Of a stretch of 64,000 nt of DNA, positions 54,153 through 63,129 are shown in pieces. Below the pieces are notes generated by a model. The model saw only the letters and a list, made by a program, of their open reading frames with translations, was not told the DNA's origin and ran no database searches. The stretch covers positions 8,250 to 72,249 of IMG/VR virus record IMGVR_UViG_3300048793_000029. The stretch is one strand, 5' to 3'. A program made the position numbers and the translations under genes. This stretch comes from a virus. How positions within the stretch are numbered: position 1 is the first letter of the stretch; every line of letters begins with the position of its first letter.

Positions 54153-54817
54153 TGACCGGCCCCGCCTACCCACCGAGTAACCTGCCGGGGGCGAATGCTA
54201 TCGGTACGTTCGCCATCGGCGCGAGTTCGATCGGCGCCATCAAGCCGTTTGATTGGTGGCGCACAGTCATCAGTCAGTATGCCAATAGTCCAATTCTGAT
54301 GCAGTTGATTGAGAACTTCGACGACTGCGTCGACCAGACCGCCAACCTTGAGCAGTTCTTCGACTTGATCTGGAACGTCGACACTGCGCAGGGTTATGGC
54401 CTCGACGTCTGGGGCCGTATCGTGGCAGTCAACCGCGTACTCAAGATTGGTGTCGGGCCGCCTTATTTCGGTTTCGACGAGGGAATCGACTACCAGCCGT
54501 TTGGCACCGGCGGCCTCGGGCCGTTCTACTCCGGCCAGCAGACGACAGAGAACTACTTGCTGTCTGACCCCGGCTTTCGAGTCCTGATCCTGGCCAAGGC
54601 ATTTAGCAACATCTGCGATGGTTCAATCAAGTCCATCAACCGTCTGCTGATCACGCTGTTCGGCTCTAGCGGGAAGGGCTACGTGGTCGACAACCTCGAC
54701 ATGACTATGAGCTACGTCTTCGAGTTCAAATTGTCGCCGGTACAGGCAGCTATCCTAACTAACTCCGGCGTGTTCCCTAAACCGACCGGCGTATCCTACA
54801 ACATAGTCCAGCTGTGA
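54152..54817 (+). CDS. baseplate wedge protein (DUF2612 type)
   Basis: T.ISQYANSP, W..DTA.G.GLD.WGRIV, IL.KA..NI, P.PTGV. Confidence 0.88.
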   Translation: MTGPAYPPSNLPGANAIGTFAIGASSIGAIKPFDWWRTVISQYANSPILMQLIENFDDCVDQTANLEQFFDLIWNVDTAQGYGLDVWGRIVAVNRVLKIGVGPPYFGFDEGIDYQPFGTGGLGPFYSGQQTTENYLLSDPGFRVLILAKAFSNICDGSIKSINRLLITLFGSSGKGYVVDNLDMTMSYVFEFKLSPVQAAILTNSGVFPKPTGVSYNIVQL

Positions 54818-54830
54818 GAAACAACTAGCC

Positions 54831-56261
54831 ATGATCTCCAGTAATATTCCGACAAAGTTTTCCATTCCGTTCGCCAACAGCGCGACCGGCGCCTACATCA
54901 CGAAGCCGATCCCGGTGCCGTCGCAGATTGGCATTGGTGCCGGTCGCGCCTCGTTCACCGATGGCTTCCCGCCGCTTACCTTCACGCAGCTTGCGGCCGG
55001 CGGTGATCCGCCGTGGGGTGCCGACTTCAACGGCCTATTGAACGAGATAACGTCCTGGCTGGTGTGGGTGGCGGCCGGCGGGGCTCCAGTGGCTTACGAC
55101 GTCGCCTTCTCAACAGCGATCGGCGGCTATCCCAGCGGGGCCTTCCTGCAATCAACCCCGCCAGGTCACTACTGGATTTCCACAGCCGACAACAACGCTA
55201 CCGACCCCGATACTGGCGGCGCTGGTTGGTCCATCTTCCCTGATATTTTGATTCAGCAACAGGCCGGAAATTATGCAGCGGTCGATTCCGGTGCAGTGAA
55301 TCACGTCGCTGTCACGCTATCGCCGGTGCCGGCATCGCTGACCTCGATTGTTGGCTCGCCGATTCGCTTCTTGATCGCCAACGCCAACACCATCACGACG
55401 CCGACCATCAATATTAATGGTCTCGGCGCCGTAACGATGATCAATACCGACGGCTCTTCTATCGTTATTGGTCAGTTCTCTCGCGCTGGCCAGATGTGCG
55501 AAGGCTACTTAACCAGCCCGACTGTGTTTCAGGTTACTACCCCCGGTAAGCCGGCATCGGGCGGCGGTGGAGGAGCGGCTGGCGGCGTGCCGACCGGCGG
55601 CATCATCTTGTGCCCGGTGGAAATCCCGTTGCCGGGTTTCCTGGAGTGTGATGGTTCGACCAAAAACATCTCTGCCTATCCAAACCTGTTCAACGTTATC
55701 AAGGCGACCTACGGCGGCGACGGCATCAATACCTTCAAGGTACCGGACCTGCGTGGCGCCTTCGCGCGCGGTTGGGACCACGGACGCGGACTTGACCCCA
55801 GCGCTTCAACTCGCACCAACCGCGGCGACGGCACCACTGGCGATCATGTAGGTACCTGGGAAGCCCAAGCAAACGGTCCGTATTCATCATCGGTCAGCAT
55901 TGCAAATCCGCAGGTGAATTGGCCGGCATTTTCAAACCTTGCAGGCTCTCATACTTGGCCTGGGGGCACGGCAAATTTTCTTCTTGGCCAGGATGTAGCC
56001 GAGTTTGATGTCTACGGCCAAACGAATTATGGCTTCACGGGGGATACTCTTCCGAACAACAGCGTCACGATCAACCCGCCGCAGTACCCATTGGGCGGTT
56101 CACCACAGGTGGTGACCCTTCCTTCGACGAATAGCCAGAACGGCATCAATTTCTTCGGTCCAGGCGGCGTTTACATCACTTCCTTAACCGGCACCATCAC
56201 ACTCAGCGGCCCGGAGACGCGCCCTGTGAATATAAATCTTATGTATATAATTGCATACTGA
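54831..56261 (+). CDS. tail fibre with collar domain
   Basis: AS..DGFPP.T.....GG.PP.G.D.NG, IGGYP.GA; collar motif L.CDG......YP.LF.VI...YG...F.VPDLRG.F.RG.D; ETRP.N. Confidence 0.88.
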   Translation: MISSNIPTKFSIPFANSATGAYITKPIPVPSQIGIGAGRASFTDGFPPLTFTQLAAGGDPPWGADFNGLLNEITSWLVWVAAGGAPVAYDVAFSTAIGGYPSGAFLQSTPPGHYWISTADNNATDPDTGGAGWSIFPDILIQQQAGNYAAVDSGAVNHVAVTLSPVPASLTSIVGSPIRFLIANANTITTPTININGLGAVTMINTDGSSIVIGQFSRAGQMCEGYLTSPTVFQVTTPGKPASGGGGGAAGGVPTGGIILCPVEIPLPGFLECDGSTKNISAYPNLFNVIKATYGGDGINTFKVPDLRGAFARGWDHGRGLDPSASTRTNRGDGTTGDHVGTWEAQANGPYSSSVSIANPQVNWPAFSNLAGSHTWPGGTANFLLGQDVAEFDVYGQTNYGFTGDTLPNNSVTINPPQYPLGGSPQVVTLPSTNSQNGINFFGPGGVYITSLTGTITLSGPETRPVNINLMYIIAY

Positions 56262-56268
56262 GGAAGCC

Positions 56269-56628
56269 ATGAAAAAGCTGCTACTCGCCCTCTTACTACT
56301 CTACCCTGCTGCCGCACTGGCGCAGTCGGCACCAAATTTCTACCAAGGCTTCGTACCGAGCGCGGCGCAGTGGAAGCAATACTTTGCCGGAAAATGGGAT
56401 TACCCTGGTTACACCGCGCTCAACAAGGGTGGTGACAACATGCAGGGCTTGTTGGGCATTGCCCCCTCACTCATAGCCTCGCTGCCAACCTGCGTGGCCA
56501 CGCTGGCAGGCGAGCTTGCCTATGTCACCAACGGCGTTGCCTCGCCTAGCTACAACGCGACCGTCAGCACGACAGGCTCGTCGAATCAACTAGTGTGGTG
56601 TAACGGGGCTAATTGGACTTATCATTGA
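56269..56628 (+). CDS. exported small fibre-module protein (2 Cys)
   Basis: GAGGA RBS; MKKLLLALLLLYPAAALA|; ASLP.C....GELAYVT...WCNG.NW. Confidence 0.72.
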   Translation: MKKLLLALLLLYPAAALAQSAPNFYQGFVPSAAQWKQYFAGKWDYPGYTALNKGGDNMQGLLGIAPSLIASLPTCVATLAGELAYVTNGVASPSYNATVSTTGSSNQLVWCNGANWTYH

Positions 56629-57155
56629 TGCAAAGTAATCTAGCGCAGTCCCTGACCTACATCACTGGCGACGAGGGGCCTGAGCTCAACGTCAGCCCCG
56701 ACGAGCCTGGTGGTGCCAGCAAGTGGGGAGTGACGCTGACGGACTTGTCGGAGGTGCGCGGCAAGGTATGCACGGTCGACGACGTCGGCGCGTTGACGCA
56801 GGATGACGCCAACGCAATCTTCTCCACTCGCTTCGCCGTCCCGATCCACTTCAACGATCTGCCGTCCGGAGTCGACTATCGCATGCTTGACTGTGCGGTA
56901 ACTCTCGGCATTACTGGGTCTATCGAGGCCTTGCAGATGTGCCTTGCTATGTGGCCGACGACTGGGGCGATGGATGCCCCCACGCTGGCCGCCGTCAACG
57001 CCGCGACGTCGGCGGTTCTAGTCCTGCAGCTCGACGCAGCGTGGTTAACTTGGAAGCGCATGCTTGAGGCCGACGGGTGGAGCAAATACGGCAGGGGGTG
57101 GACCAACAGGGTTCTAAAAGTCAGAGCACGCTTACCGGCAATGATGGGGACGTAG
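56628..57155 (+). CDS. endolysin, glycoside hydrolase family 108-like
   Basis: EG......D.PGG...WGVT, LP.GVDY...D.AV..G, YG.GW..RV. Confidence 0.82.
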   Translation: MQSNLAQSLTYITGDEGPELNVSPDEPGGASKWGVTLTDLSEVRGKVCTVDDVGALTQDDANAIFSTRFAVPIHFNDLPSGVDYRMLDCAVTLGITGSIEALQMCLAMWPTTGAMDAPTLAAVNAATSAVLVLQLDAAWLTWKRMLEADGWSKYGRGWTNRVLKVRARLPAMMGT

Positions 57156-57161
57156 ACAGAC

Positions 57162-57758
57162 ATGACCCTCGCAACTCTCAAGGCCAAGATTGTCGAGCTG
57201 TTTGATGCGGAAATCGTTCCACCGCCCCCGGCCGTTGCCTCGGCTCCATTGTCGATTATCGTGCCCCAGACGTGGCCGCTGCAGGCTGACTGTGACGCCT
57301 TCTACGGCAACCCCGGCAGTACGCCCGGCGAGTGGGCCGCCTGGGAGTCTGCAAATTTGGTCGACGTCGCCTGCCCATGGGTGCTTAACATGGATGCCAT
57401 AGTCGTCACGCAAATTCGCATTCACAAGAAGTGCGCTGTCAGTCTGACGCAGGTACTAGGAGCAATTTGGGACGCTACTGGCAAGTCGCAGTCGGCCATC
57501 GAAACGCTACGGTACAACCTGTTCTCTGGATCGTACAATCAACGGCCAATTCGCGGCGGCACGATGCGCAGTATGCATGGGTATGGTGCCGCACTAGATT
57601 TCGACTGTGCTGACAACGAGCAGCACTCGATGAATCACTTGTTCCAAGACAGTTCGCTAATAACAGTCAAGTTCAAAGAAGCAGGAGCGGCCTGGGGCGG
57701 AGATTGGAGTTCGACAAGCGTCGACGCAATGCACTATCAATTTGCAAGAGTTCATTAA
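57162..57758 (+). CDS. M15-family peptidoglycan peptidase
   Basis: G.YN.R.IRG....SMH.YG.A.D...WGG.W....D.MH.Q. Confidence 0.85.
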   Translation: MTLATLKAKIVELFDAEIVPPPPAVASAPLSIIVPQTWPLQADCDAFYGNPGSTPGEWAAWESANLVDVACPWVLNMDAIVVTQIRIHKKCAVSLTQVLGAIWDATGKSQSAIETLRYNLFSGSYNQRPIRGGTMRSMHGYGAALDFDCADNEQHSMNHLFQDSSLITVKFKEAGAAWGGDWSSTSVDAMHYQFARVH

Positions 57759-57769
57759 GGAGCTACCAT

Positions 57770-58150
57770 ATGATCCCGAACAACGACCAAATAATGATGT
57801 TCATCCGCTGGCTTCTGTCTGTCGGCGGCCCCCTCGGCGCGCTACTGGTGGCTCGCGGCATGTCTGCGGATCAAGTTAATGACCTCTCGACTTGGCTGCT
57901 CACAGGCTTTGCCGTCATTCCTCCTGCCGCGTCGTTCGTCTGGGGTATGCTTGCTCACACCAACGCAGCCAAGGTAGCTGCGGTGAATGCAATGCCGAAA
58001 GATCAAATCCTCGGCGTTGTTGTCGCACCGACGGCGTCAAACGGTGTGCTTGCCGCTTCGAGGGACCCCGCGATGTCGAAGGTGATGATGACCACGCCAG
58101 CCATCACAGCGGCGATCGCTGCTGCACCGGTAACAGTGCCGAGAACATGA
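57770..58150 (+). CDS. holin-like membrane protein
   Basis: Two hydrophobic segments; AAGGAG RBS; lysis context. Confidence 0.55.
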   Translation: MIPNNDQIMMFIRWLLSVGGPLGALLVARGMSADQVNDLSTWLLTGFAVIPPAASFVWGMLAHTNAAKVAAVNAMPKDQILGVVVAPTASNGVLAASRDPAMSKVMMTTPAITAAIAAAPVTVPRT

Positions 58151-58788
58151 TAGCTGCTCTCACTGGTCTGCGCGAAGAGGCCAATACTATTACTGACCAG
58201 TGGGTGGTGCAGGTATTGACTGGTCTTGCAGCCATCAACGACATGGATGGGCTAATTCCATCCGATTGCGAGGCAATCATCAGTTGGGGAACAGCGGGCG
58301 CGCTTACCTCAGACATCAAGGTTGGTGACGTGGTTGCTGTACAAACTGTATTTACGCCAGACGGTGCACAGCACAAGGCTGATGCTGATTGGTTGCAACG
58401 TATTGTTGACATATTTCCAGAGATCAAAATCAGACGGGGGTTCTCCAGTTCCATCGAAGTTGCTGCAACTGCTGTAACGAAGGCTTCCCTTGCCGCTAAA
58501 TATCCTGTTTCCACTGTCGATATGGGAGCATACGCCGTCGCAGCTTTTGCCGAGAAGCGTGGCATACCCTGGGCAGTTATTCAGGGCATTTCAGATGCTT
58601 ACGACCAGGACATCGTGAAGGCTGCGCAAGATGGTATGGGCGGCATCGAGGCGGTCATTAAAGATCTCGTAGCAGACCCAACGGAGCTTCGCGGCTTAGT
58701 AACCGTCACAGAAACCTTTACTGAAGCGATCTACGGACTGCAACGATGTTATTTTGCACTTGGACCTGAACTAGGTGGAAAAATATGA
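58147..58788 (+). CDS. nucleoside phosphorylase / HpnG-like protein
   Basis: TGL..EA, ISWG.AG.L......GDVV, D..W, VDM, RGIPW......SD. Confidence 0.72.
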   Translation: MIAALTGLREEANTITDQWVVQVLTGLAAINDMDGLIPSDCEAIISWGTAGALTSDIKVGDVVAVQTVFTPDGAQHKADADWLQRIVDIFPEIKIRRGFSSSIEVAATAVTKASLAAKYPVSTVDMGAYAVAAFAEKRGIPWAVIQGISDAYDQDIVKAAQDGMGGIEAVIKDLVADPTELRGLVTVTETFTEAIYGLQRCYFALGPELGGKI

Positions 58789-59552
58789 ACTACAAGCTCG
58801 GCAAATTACCAGCGCGACCGGACGCGGTCAGCCTTAAGTTCGGGGCGTTCTTCAATGCCGAGGCGCTGCCGACGCCCCCGGCAAAGTTCGGCCATTACGG
58901 CATCGGCATCGGGTTAAATTGGGGGATGCTGGCTAACGACCGGCACTCCGATTGTCTCTTTGCTGGCGCCGCTCACGAGCACATGGTATGGACGCATCGC
59001 TCGGGAACCGGGGAGCCGGTCGCCTTCAATGACGCAGTGGTGCTGGCTGATTACTCTGCAGCCACCGGATTTGACCCTACTAACCCAGCCACCGATCAGG
59101 GTGGTGATATGCAGGCAACGGCGTCATACAGACGCAATGTGGGGATCTCCGACGCCAGCGGTGCACGACATAAGATTGACGCCTACGTGGCGCTGCGGCC
59201 TGGAGACGTTGATCAATTTATTCTCGCCACTTACTTGTTCTCGGCGACAGGCGTCGGTCTTCAGTTACCGGACAGCGCTGAAAAGCAATTTGATGCTGGC
59301 GTGCCGTGGAGCGTTATCCCCGGCGCCAAAATAGTCGGAGGTCACTACGTTCCCTGCATTGGACGAAACAGTGATGGCAATTTACTTGTGGTGACGTGGA
59401 ATCGTCTCCAGGCCGTAGAACCACCGTTTATGAACGCCTACTGCGACGAAGGACTAGCCTACATATCGCTTGACCCGCTGAAGAACGACTTGTCGCCGGA
59501 GGGGTTCAACTTGGATCAGCTCCGGCGTGACTTAGTTACAGTAACAACCTGA
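58785..59552 (+). CDS. papain-fold cysteine peptidase-like protein
   Basis: ND..SDC..A..AH...GGHYV...G...VVTW. Confidence 0.65.
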   Translation: MNYKLGKLPARPDAVSLKFGAFFNAEALPTPPAKFGHYGIGIGLNWGMLANDRHSDCLFAGAAHEHMVWTHRSGTGEPVAFNDAVVLADYSAATGFDPTNPATDQGGDMQATASYRRNVGISDASGARHKIDAYVALRPGDVDQFILATYLFSATGVGLQLPDSAEKQFDAGVPWSVIPGAKIVGGHYVPCIGRNSDGNLLVVTWNRLQAVEPPFMNAYCDEGLAYISLDPLKNDLSPEGFNLDQLRRDLVTVTT

Positions 59553-59565
59553 AAGGAATTTTTCC

Positions 59566-59769
59566 ATGACTGATACTACGATACAAGGCACTACGGTAGA
59601 CCTAGAACGGGTGGCGGCTGCCCAGGCGGCAGTAAAACAAGCCGTCAGCGGGTTCACCTACGACGGCTTCGACGTGGGCAGTCGTGTCACCGACCAGGAG
59701 TGCAACACCGTCGCCATCGCCGTGATGGCGGCGCTGGTGGCTTACGACACCTCAAAATCAATCATTTAA
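59566..59769 (+). CDS. hypothetical protein
   Basis: AAAGGA RBS; 67 aa. Confidence 0.55.
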   Translation: MTDTTIQGTTVDLERVAAAQAAVKQAVSGFTYDGFDVGSRVTDQECNTVAIAVMAALVAYDTSKSII

Positions 59770-59782
59770 CGGAGTTTATCAG

Positions 59783-60094
59783 ATGAAAAACTTTCTACGA
59801 GTCCTGCCGTTGGTCGGCACGTTGTTGGTCGGTGGCTGCGGCGTTATTTCCAACCCGTTCACTGGCGCACCCATCACGGCGGCCGACGTTCAGGCTGCCG
59901 CAGTAGCCGCCTGTGGCTTCTTGCCGACGGCCGCAACTGTTGCTAATATCATCGCTGCGGGCAACCCAGCCGTGGCTACGGTGTCGACCATCGCTCAAGC
60001 TATCTGCTCCGCCGTGACGGCGAAGGGCGGCAGGCTCGGCGGCGCCGCGCCGAACGTTAACGGCGTGCCGGTTCACGGGCGTTTCGTACAGTAG
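59783..60094 (+). CDS. lipoprotein (possible spanin component)
   Basis: Lipobox LVGGC after a hydrophobic N-terminus. Confidence 0.6.
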   Translation: MKNFLRVLPLVGTLLVGGCGVISNPFTGAPITAADVQAAAVAACGFLPTAATVANIIAAGNPAVATVSTIAQAICSAVTAKGGRLGGAAPNVNGVPVHGRFVQ

Positions 60095-60100
60095 GATGAC

Positions 60101-60132
60101 TGACCCCTCATCCTTAGTTGGGTGAGGGGTCA
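60101..60132 (+). terminator. strong intergenic hairpin
   Basis: TGACCCCTCATCC-TTAGTT-GGGTGAGGGGTCA; weak T tail. Confidence 0.5.
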
Positions 60133-60150
60133 CTCTATTAGGTGTTTTCA

Positions 60151-60855
60151 ATGATCAGCTTTGTAATTCCTGCCTATAACGAAGAGGCCCTGATAGAGGG
60201 CTGCCTCAGTTCTATTAAACGAGAAGTTTCTGTTCCCTTTGAGATTATCGTTGTGGACAATGGCAGCACAGACGCCACAGCGAAGGTTGCTGCCCGTGCA
60301 GGCGCTCGCGTTATCTTGGAGCCGCTTAAGGGGCTGACGCTGGCGCGTAACGCAGGCCAGCTTGCGGCGCGATATGACCTCGTTGCCCATGTGGATGCTG
60401 ACAATGTTTTACCTTCGGGTTGGATTCAAGCGGTGCAAGATACAATGTATGACCGCGGGGTTGTGGCGTGTAGCGGACCACTTTATTATGAAGGTCTATC
60501 TTTTTATAAACGGGTTATTACGGAAGTCTTTTATGTTTTTGCTCGTGTGGCTCACAAATTCTTGCCAATGATCCAAGGTGGAAATTTCGTAATGCGGCGT
60601 GCAGCCTTCAAACAAATTGGCGGCTTCGACACGTCGATCACGTTCTACGGCGACGACACCGATATAGCCGTGCGCCTTGCCAAGATCGGAAAAATCAAAT
60701 TTGTTCCTGCGATGTGGATACAATCCTCGCCACGGCGCATGCAGGCCGAAGGTCTCATTGCCACCGGCGTGAGGTATATCGCCAATTACTTCTCGGTCCA
60801 TTTGCTCGGTAAGCCGTGGAGCGAGACTCACAATGATATTCGTGCATCAAACTAG
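60151..60855 (+). CDS. family 2 glycosyltransferase
   Basis: ISFVIPAYNEE, IIVVDNGSTD, ARN.G, VDAD, GGFD, DTD, S.RR. Confidence 0.92.
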   Translation: MISFVIPAYNEEALIEGCLSSIKREVSVPFEIIVVDNGSTDATAKVAARAGARVILEPLKGLTLARNAGQLAARYDLVAHVDADNVLPSGWIQAVQDTMYDRGVVACSGPLYYEGLSFYKRVITEVFYVFARVAHKFLPMIQGGNFVMRRAAFKQIGGFDTSITFYGDDTDIAVRLAKIGKIKFVPAMWIQSSPRRMQAEGLIATGVRYIANYFSVHLLGKPWSETHNDIRASN

Positions 60856-61513
60856 GTTTCGTTCTATATTTATATCTGATTTTCACCTTGGTTCGCCCCA
60901 TTGCGAAGCTGGTAGGCTAAGTAACTTTCTGGCTACTCACAATGCAGAACGTATCTACCTTGTCGGGGATATTATTGAGGCCAACAATCATCTCAGCTGG
61001 CCTGCGGCTCATTGCAATGTGATTAAAGAATTATCGAATAAACTACAAACTGGTACAGAAATATTCTACATCCCAGGCAACCACGACAGAATATTTCTTA
61101 ATTATGTAGGGGACTATAATAACCTACAGATTGCCAGATGTGTTTCGCATACAATGGTTGATGGTAAAGTTTTGCTTGTTACTCATGGCGATCAGATTGA
61201 CAGATTTAAGTCCTGGACGTTGCTCCACATTTTAACTGCGGTAGAGAAAGTAATCAAAAAGAACCTTTGGGAATTGCTCCGAAAATACCTCAGATATATT
61301 CTTAAGCGGCATGAACTTAAGTTTGAGCAGGGTATGATTGATTATGCTCGTGCGCGTGGCTTTTACGGTGTTGTGTGCGGTCATGTGCACTTCCCTAAGA
61401 TAGAAACTGTAGTGCGGGGTGGAGCAATCTACATCAATGCGGGGGATTGGATCTATCACTGTACGGCAGTTGTCGAGCACTGGGATGGTCGTTTTGAACT
61501 ACTGCGAGGATAA
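60833..61513 (+). CDS. LpxH/YbbF-like calcineurin-type metallophosphoesterase
   Basis: ISDFHLG, LVGDI, GNHD, THGD, CGH.H, N.GDW. Confidence 0.88.
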   Translation: MIFVHQTRFRSIFISDFHLGSPHCEAGRLSNFLATHNAERIYLVGDIIEANNHLSWPAAHCNVIKELSNKLQTGTEIFYIPGNHDRIFLNYVGDYNNLQIARCVSHTMVDGKVLLVTHGDQIDRFKSWTLLHILTAVEKVIKKNLWELLRKYLRYILKRHELKFEQGMIDYARARGFYGVVCGHVHFPKIETVVRGGAIYINAGDWIYHCTAVVEHWDGRFELLRG

Positions 61514-61547
61514 ACTATGACACCAAGGTTCAGGAGATATTTAAACA

Positions 61548-62090
61548 ATGAGTTTAGGAACTGACAAAATTGCTGCTCAGACAATAGTTGATGTCGCGGT
61601 TGAAGCAGCTAGTCGGCTAGAGGAAGCGAGAGAAGCGGCGCTCCTGGTTCTGGAGAAGGCGAAGCAGTTAGAAACAAATAGCGAACTCAACATTAAGCGC
61701 ATCCGAGAAATCTCAGAAAGTCTATCAGACCCTGAATTACCGATTCACGTTCTCGACGAGATGCCGGATGGCATTTTGCTCATTGACACAAGCATGACTA
61801 TTAGACTGATTAACAAGGAAACCGAGCGACTCTTTGGCTATTCCAGACGAGAACTAGACGGTCAGCAACTAAATACTTTGGTACCGCAAGATTGCCAGGC
61901 TACGCACACACTACACGTTAATAAGTTTTCAGAGAACCCGATCTCCCGCAAGATGGGAACAGGGTTAGATATACGTGGCGTTCGCAAAGACAAATCTGAA
62001 GTTTCTCTTGACATAAGCCTGACCACCATCTTGGTTTTAAAATCCACCTTCATTTTGGCAATAGTCAGAGAGAAACAAATCGATGAGTGA
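61548..62090 (+). CDS. stand-alone PAS-domain protein
   Basis: PDGILLID....I..IN...E.LFGY...EL.G...LVP...R.MG....G.RKD.SE. Confidence 0.85.
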   Translation: MSLGTDKIAAQTIVDVAVEAASRLEEAREAALLVLEKAKQLETNSELNIKRIREISESLSDPELPIHVLDEMPDGILLIDTSMTIRLINKETERLFGYSRRELDGQQLNTLVPQDCQATHTLHVNKFSENPISRKMGTGLDIRGVRKDKSEVSLDISLTTILVLKSTFILAIVREKQIDE

Positions 62091-62355
62091 TATTTCGGAA
62101 GGTCAGATGGAGAGCTGGCCGGAATACCGGCGGCTCGTGCTTGCTGAGCTGGTACGATTGAATCAGACTATTATCAATCTAGATACCAAGCTGGAGTCGC
62201 GAGATCGCGATCAAAGGAAAGCTATCTCCAGGCTCGAGGCCGATGTCCTAACGCTCAAGTTGAAGGCGAGCATGTGGGGGGCCGCTGCCGGTATGGTTGG
62301 AAGCTTTATCGTATCCGTCATAGTCGCGCTAATGTATCACCTTCCAATGAAATAA
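62083..62355 (+). CDS. coiled-coil protein with C-terminal membrane anchor
   Basis: Heptad region followed by a hydrophobic helix. Confidence 0.6.
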   Translation: MSDISEGQMESWPEYRRLVLAELVRLNQTIINLDTKLESRDRDQRKAISRLEADVLTLKLKASMWGAAAGMVGSFIVSVIVALMYHLPMK

Positions 62356-62360
62356 GCCCC

Positions 62361-62705
62361 ATGCAACTATTCGGCTACGAGCATCATCACAAAGCCAATC
62401 CGCTGGACGGGGCAAGCCCTGCGGTTGTCGAACTATACCACATGCTTGCCCGTATCATAAACAATCAGGAGAAATTCCAAATGGCTACCCAGGCACAGAT
62501 CGACAAGTACACTGCCGACGTCGCGGCGCTCATTGCTGCCGGCGTTGCGGAGATTACCGCTGCTATTGCGACGGCCCAGGCGGCGAGCCCGGACCCGGCG
62601 ATCGATGCTGCCGACGCCAAGGTAACCGCGGCCACCCAGGCAATGACAGCTGCTGCGGCTGCGTTAACGCCCCCGCCCGCGGCGCCACCCGCCCCCACTC
62701 CGTAG
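62361..62705 (+). CDS. Ala-rich hypothetical protein
   Basis: Start 62361, or 62481 (AGGAG RBS). Confidence 0.55.
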   Translation: MQLFGYEHHHKANPLDGASPAVVELYHMLARIINNQEKFQMATQAQIDKYTADVAALIAAGVAEITAAIATAQAASPDPAIDAADAKVTAATQAMTAAAAALTPPPAAPPAPTP

Positions 62706-62720
62706 TCTGGCGTTCGCGAC

Positions 62721-62748
62721 CCCCAGGCCTCGGCCTGGGGTTATTCTT
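62721..62748 (+). terminator. intrinsic terminator
   Basis: CCCCAGGCC-TC-GGCCTGGGG followed by TTATTCTT. Confidence 0.65.
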
Positions 62749-62784
62749 CATTGCTAGGAAGGTTCTAACAGCAAGGAGGCTACC

Positions 62785-62964
62785 ATGTCCCGTGGTCTGT
62801 TATTTTGGGTTATTTGGGTCGTCTGCGTTCTTGTGTGGCTCGGTATCAACTTTGGCGGCGTCGGCGGTCCTATGGCCATGCGCTTCGCAGGCGGCGGTGT
62901 AATTGAGTTCGTGCTGTTCGGTCTGCTCGGCTGGCAGGTGTTTGGGCCGGTAGTTCACGCCTAA
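62785..62964 (+). CDS. 59-aa two-helix membrane protein
   Basis: Not in the ORF track; AAGGAGG RBS; MSRGLLFWVIW...LLGWQVFGPVVHA. Confidence 0.7.
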   Translation: MSRGLLFWVIWVVCVLVWLGINFGGVGGPMAMRFAGGGVIEFVLFGLLGWQVFGPVVHA

Positions 62965-63129
62965 ATGTTCTCCAACCAAGGCGCAATGCTCTTGATCGCG
63001 CTCATCGTTCTGGTGAGCGCGATCGGGCTTTATTATGCCGGCATCTGGAATTGCTGCCAGCTTCATTAGTACAATCCCCTTAGGAGGCGGGACAGAGAAC
63101 TTGCCCTGAAATCAACGAAGGAGACTACC

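Noticed and set aside
57892-58146. N-terminal extension of the phosphorylase ORF
   Set aside because: Overlaps the holin-like gene; ATGA coupling gives a start at 58147.
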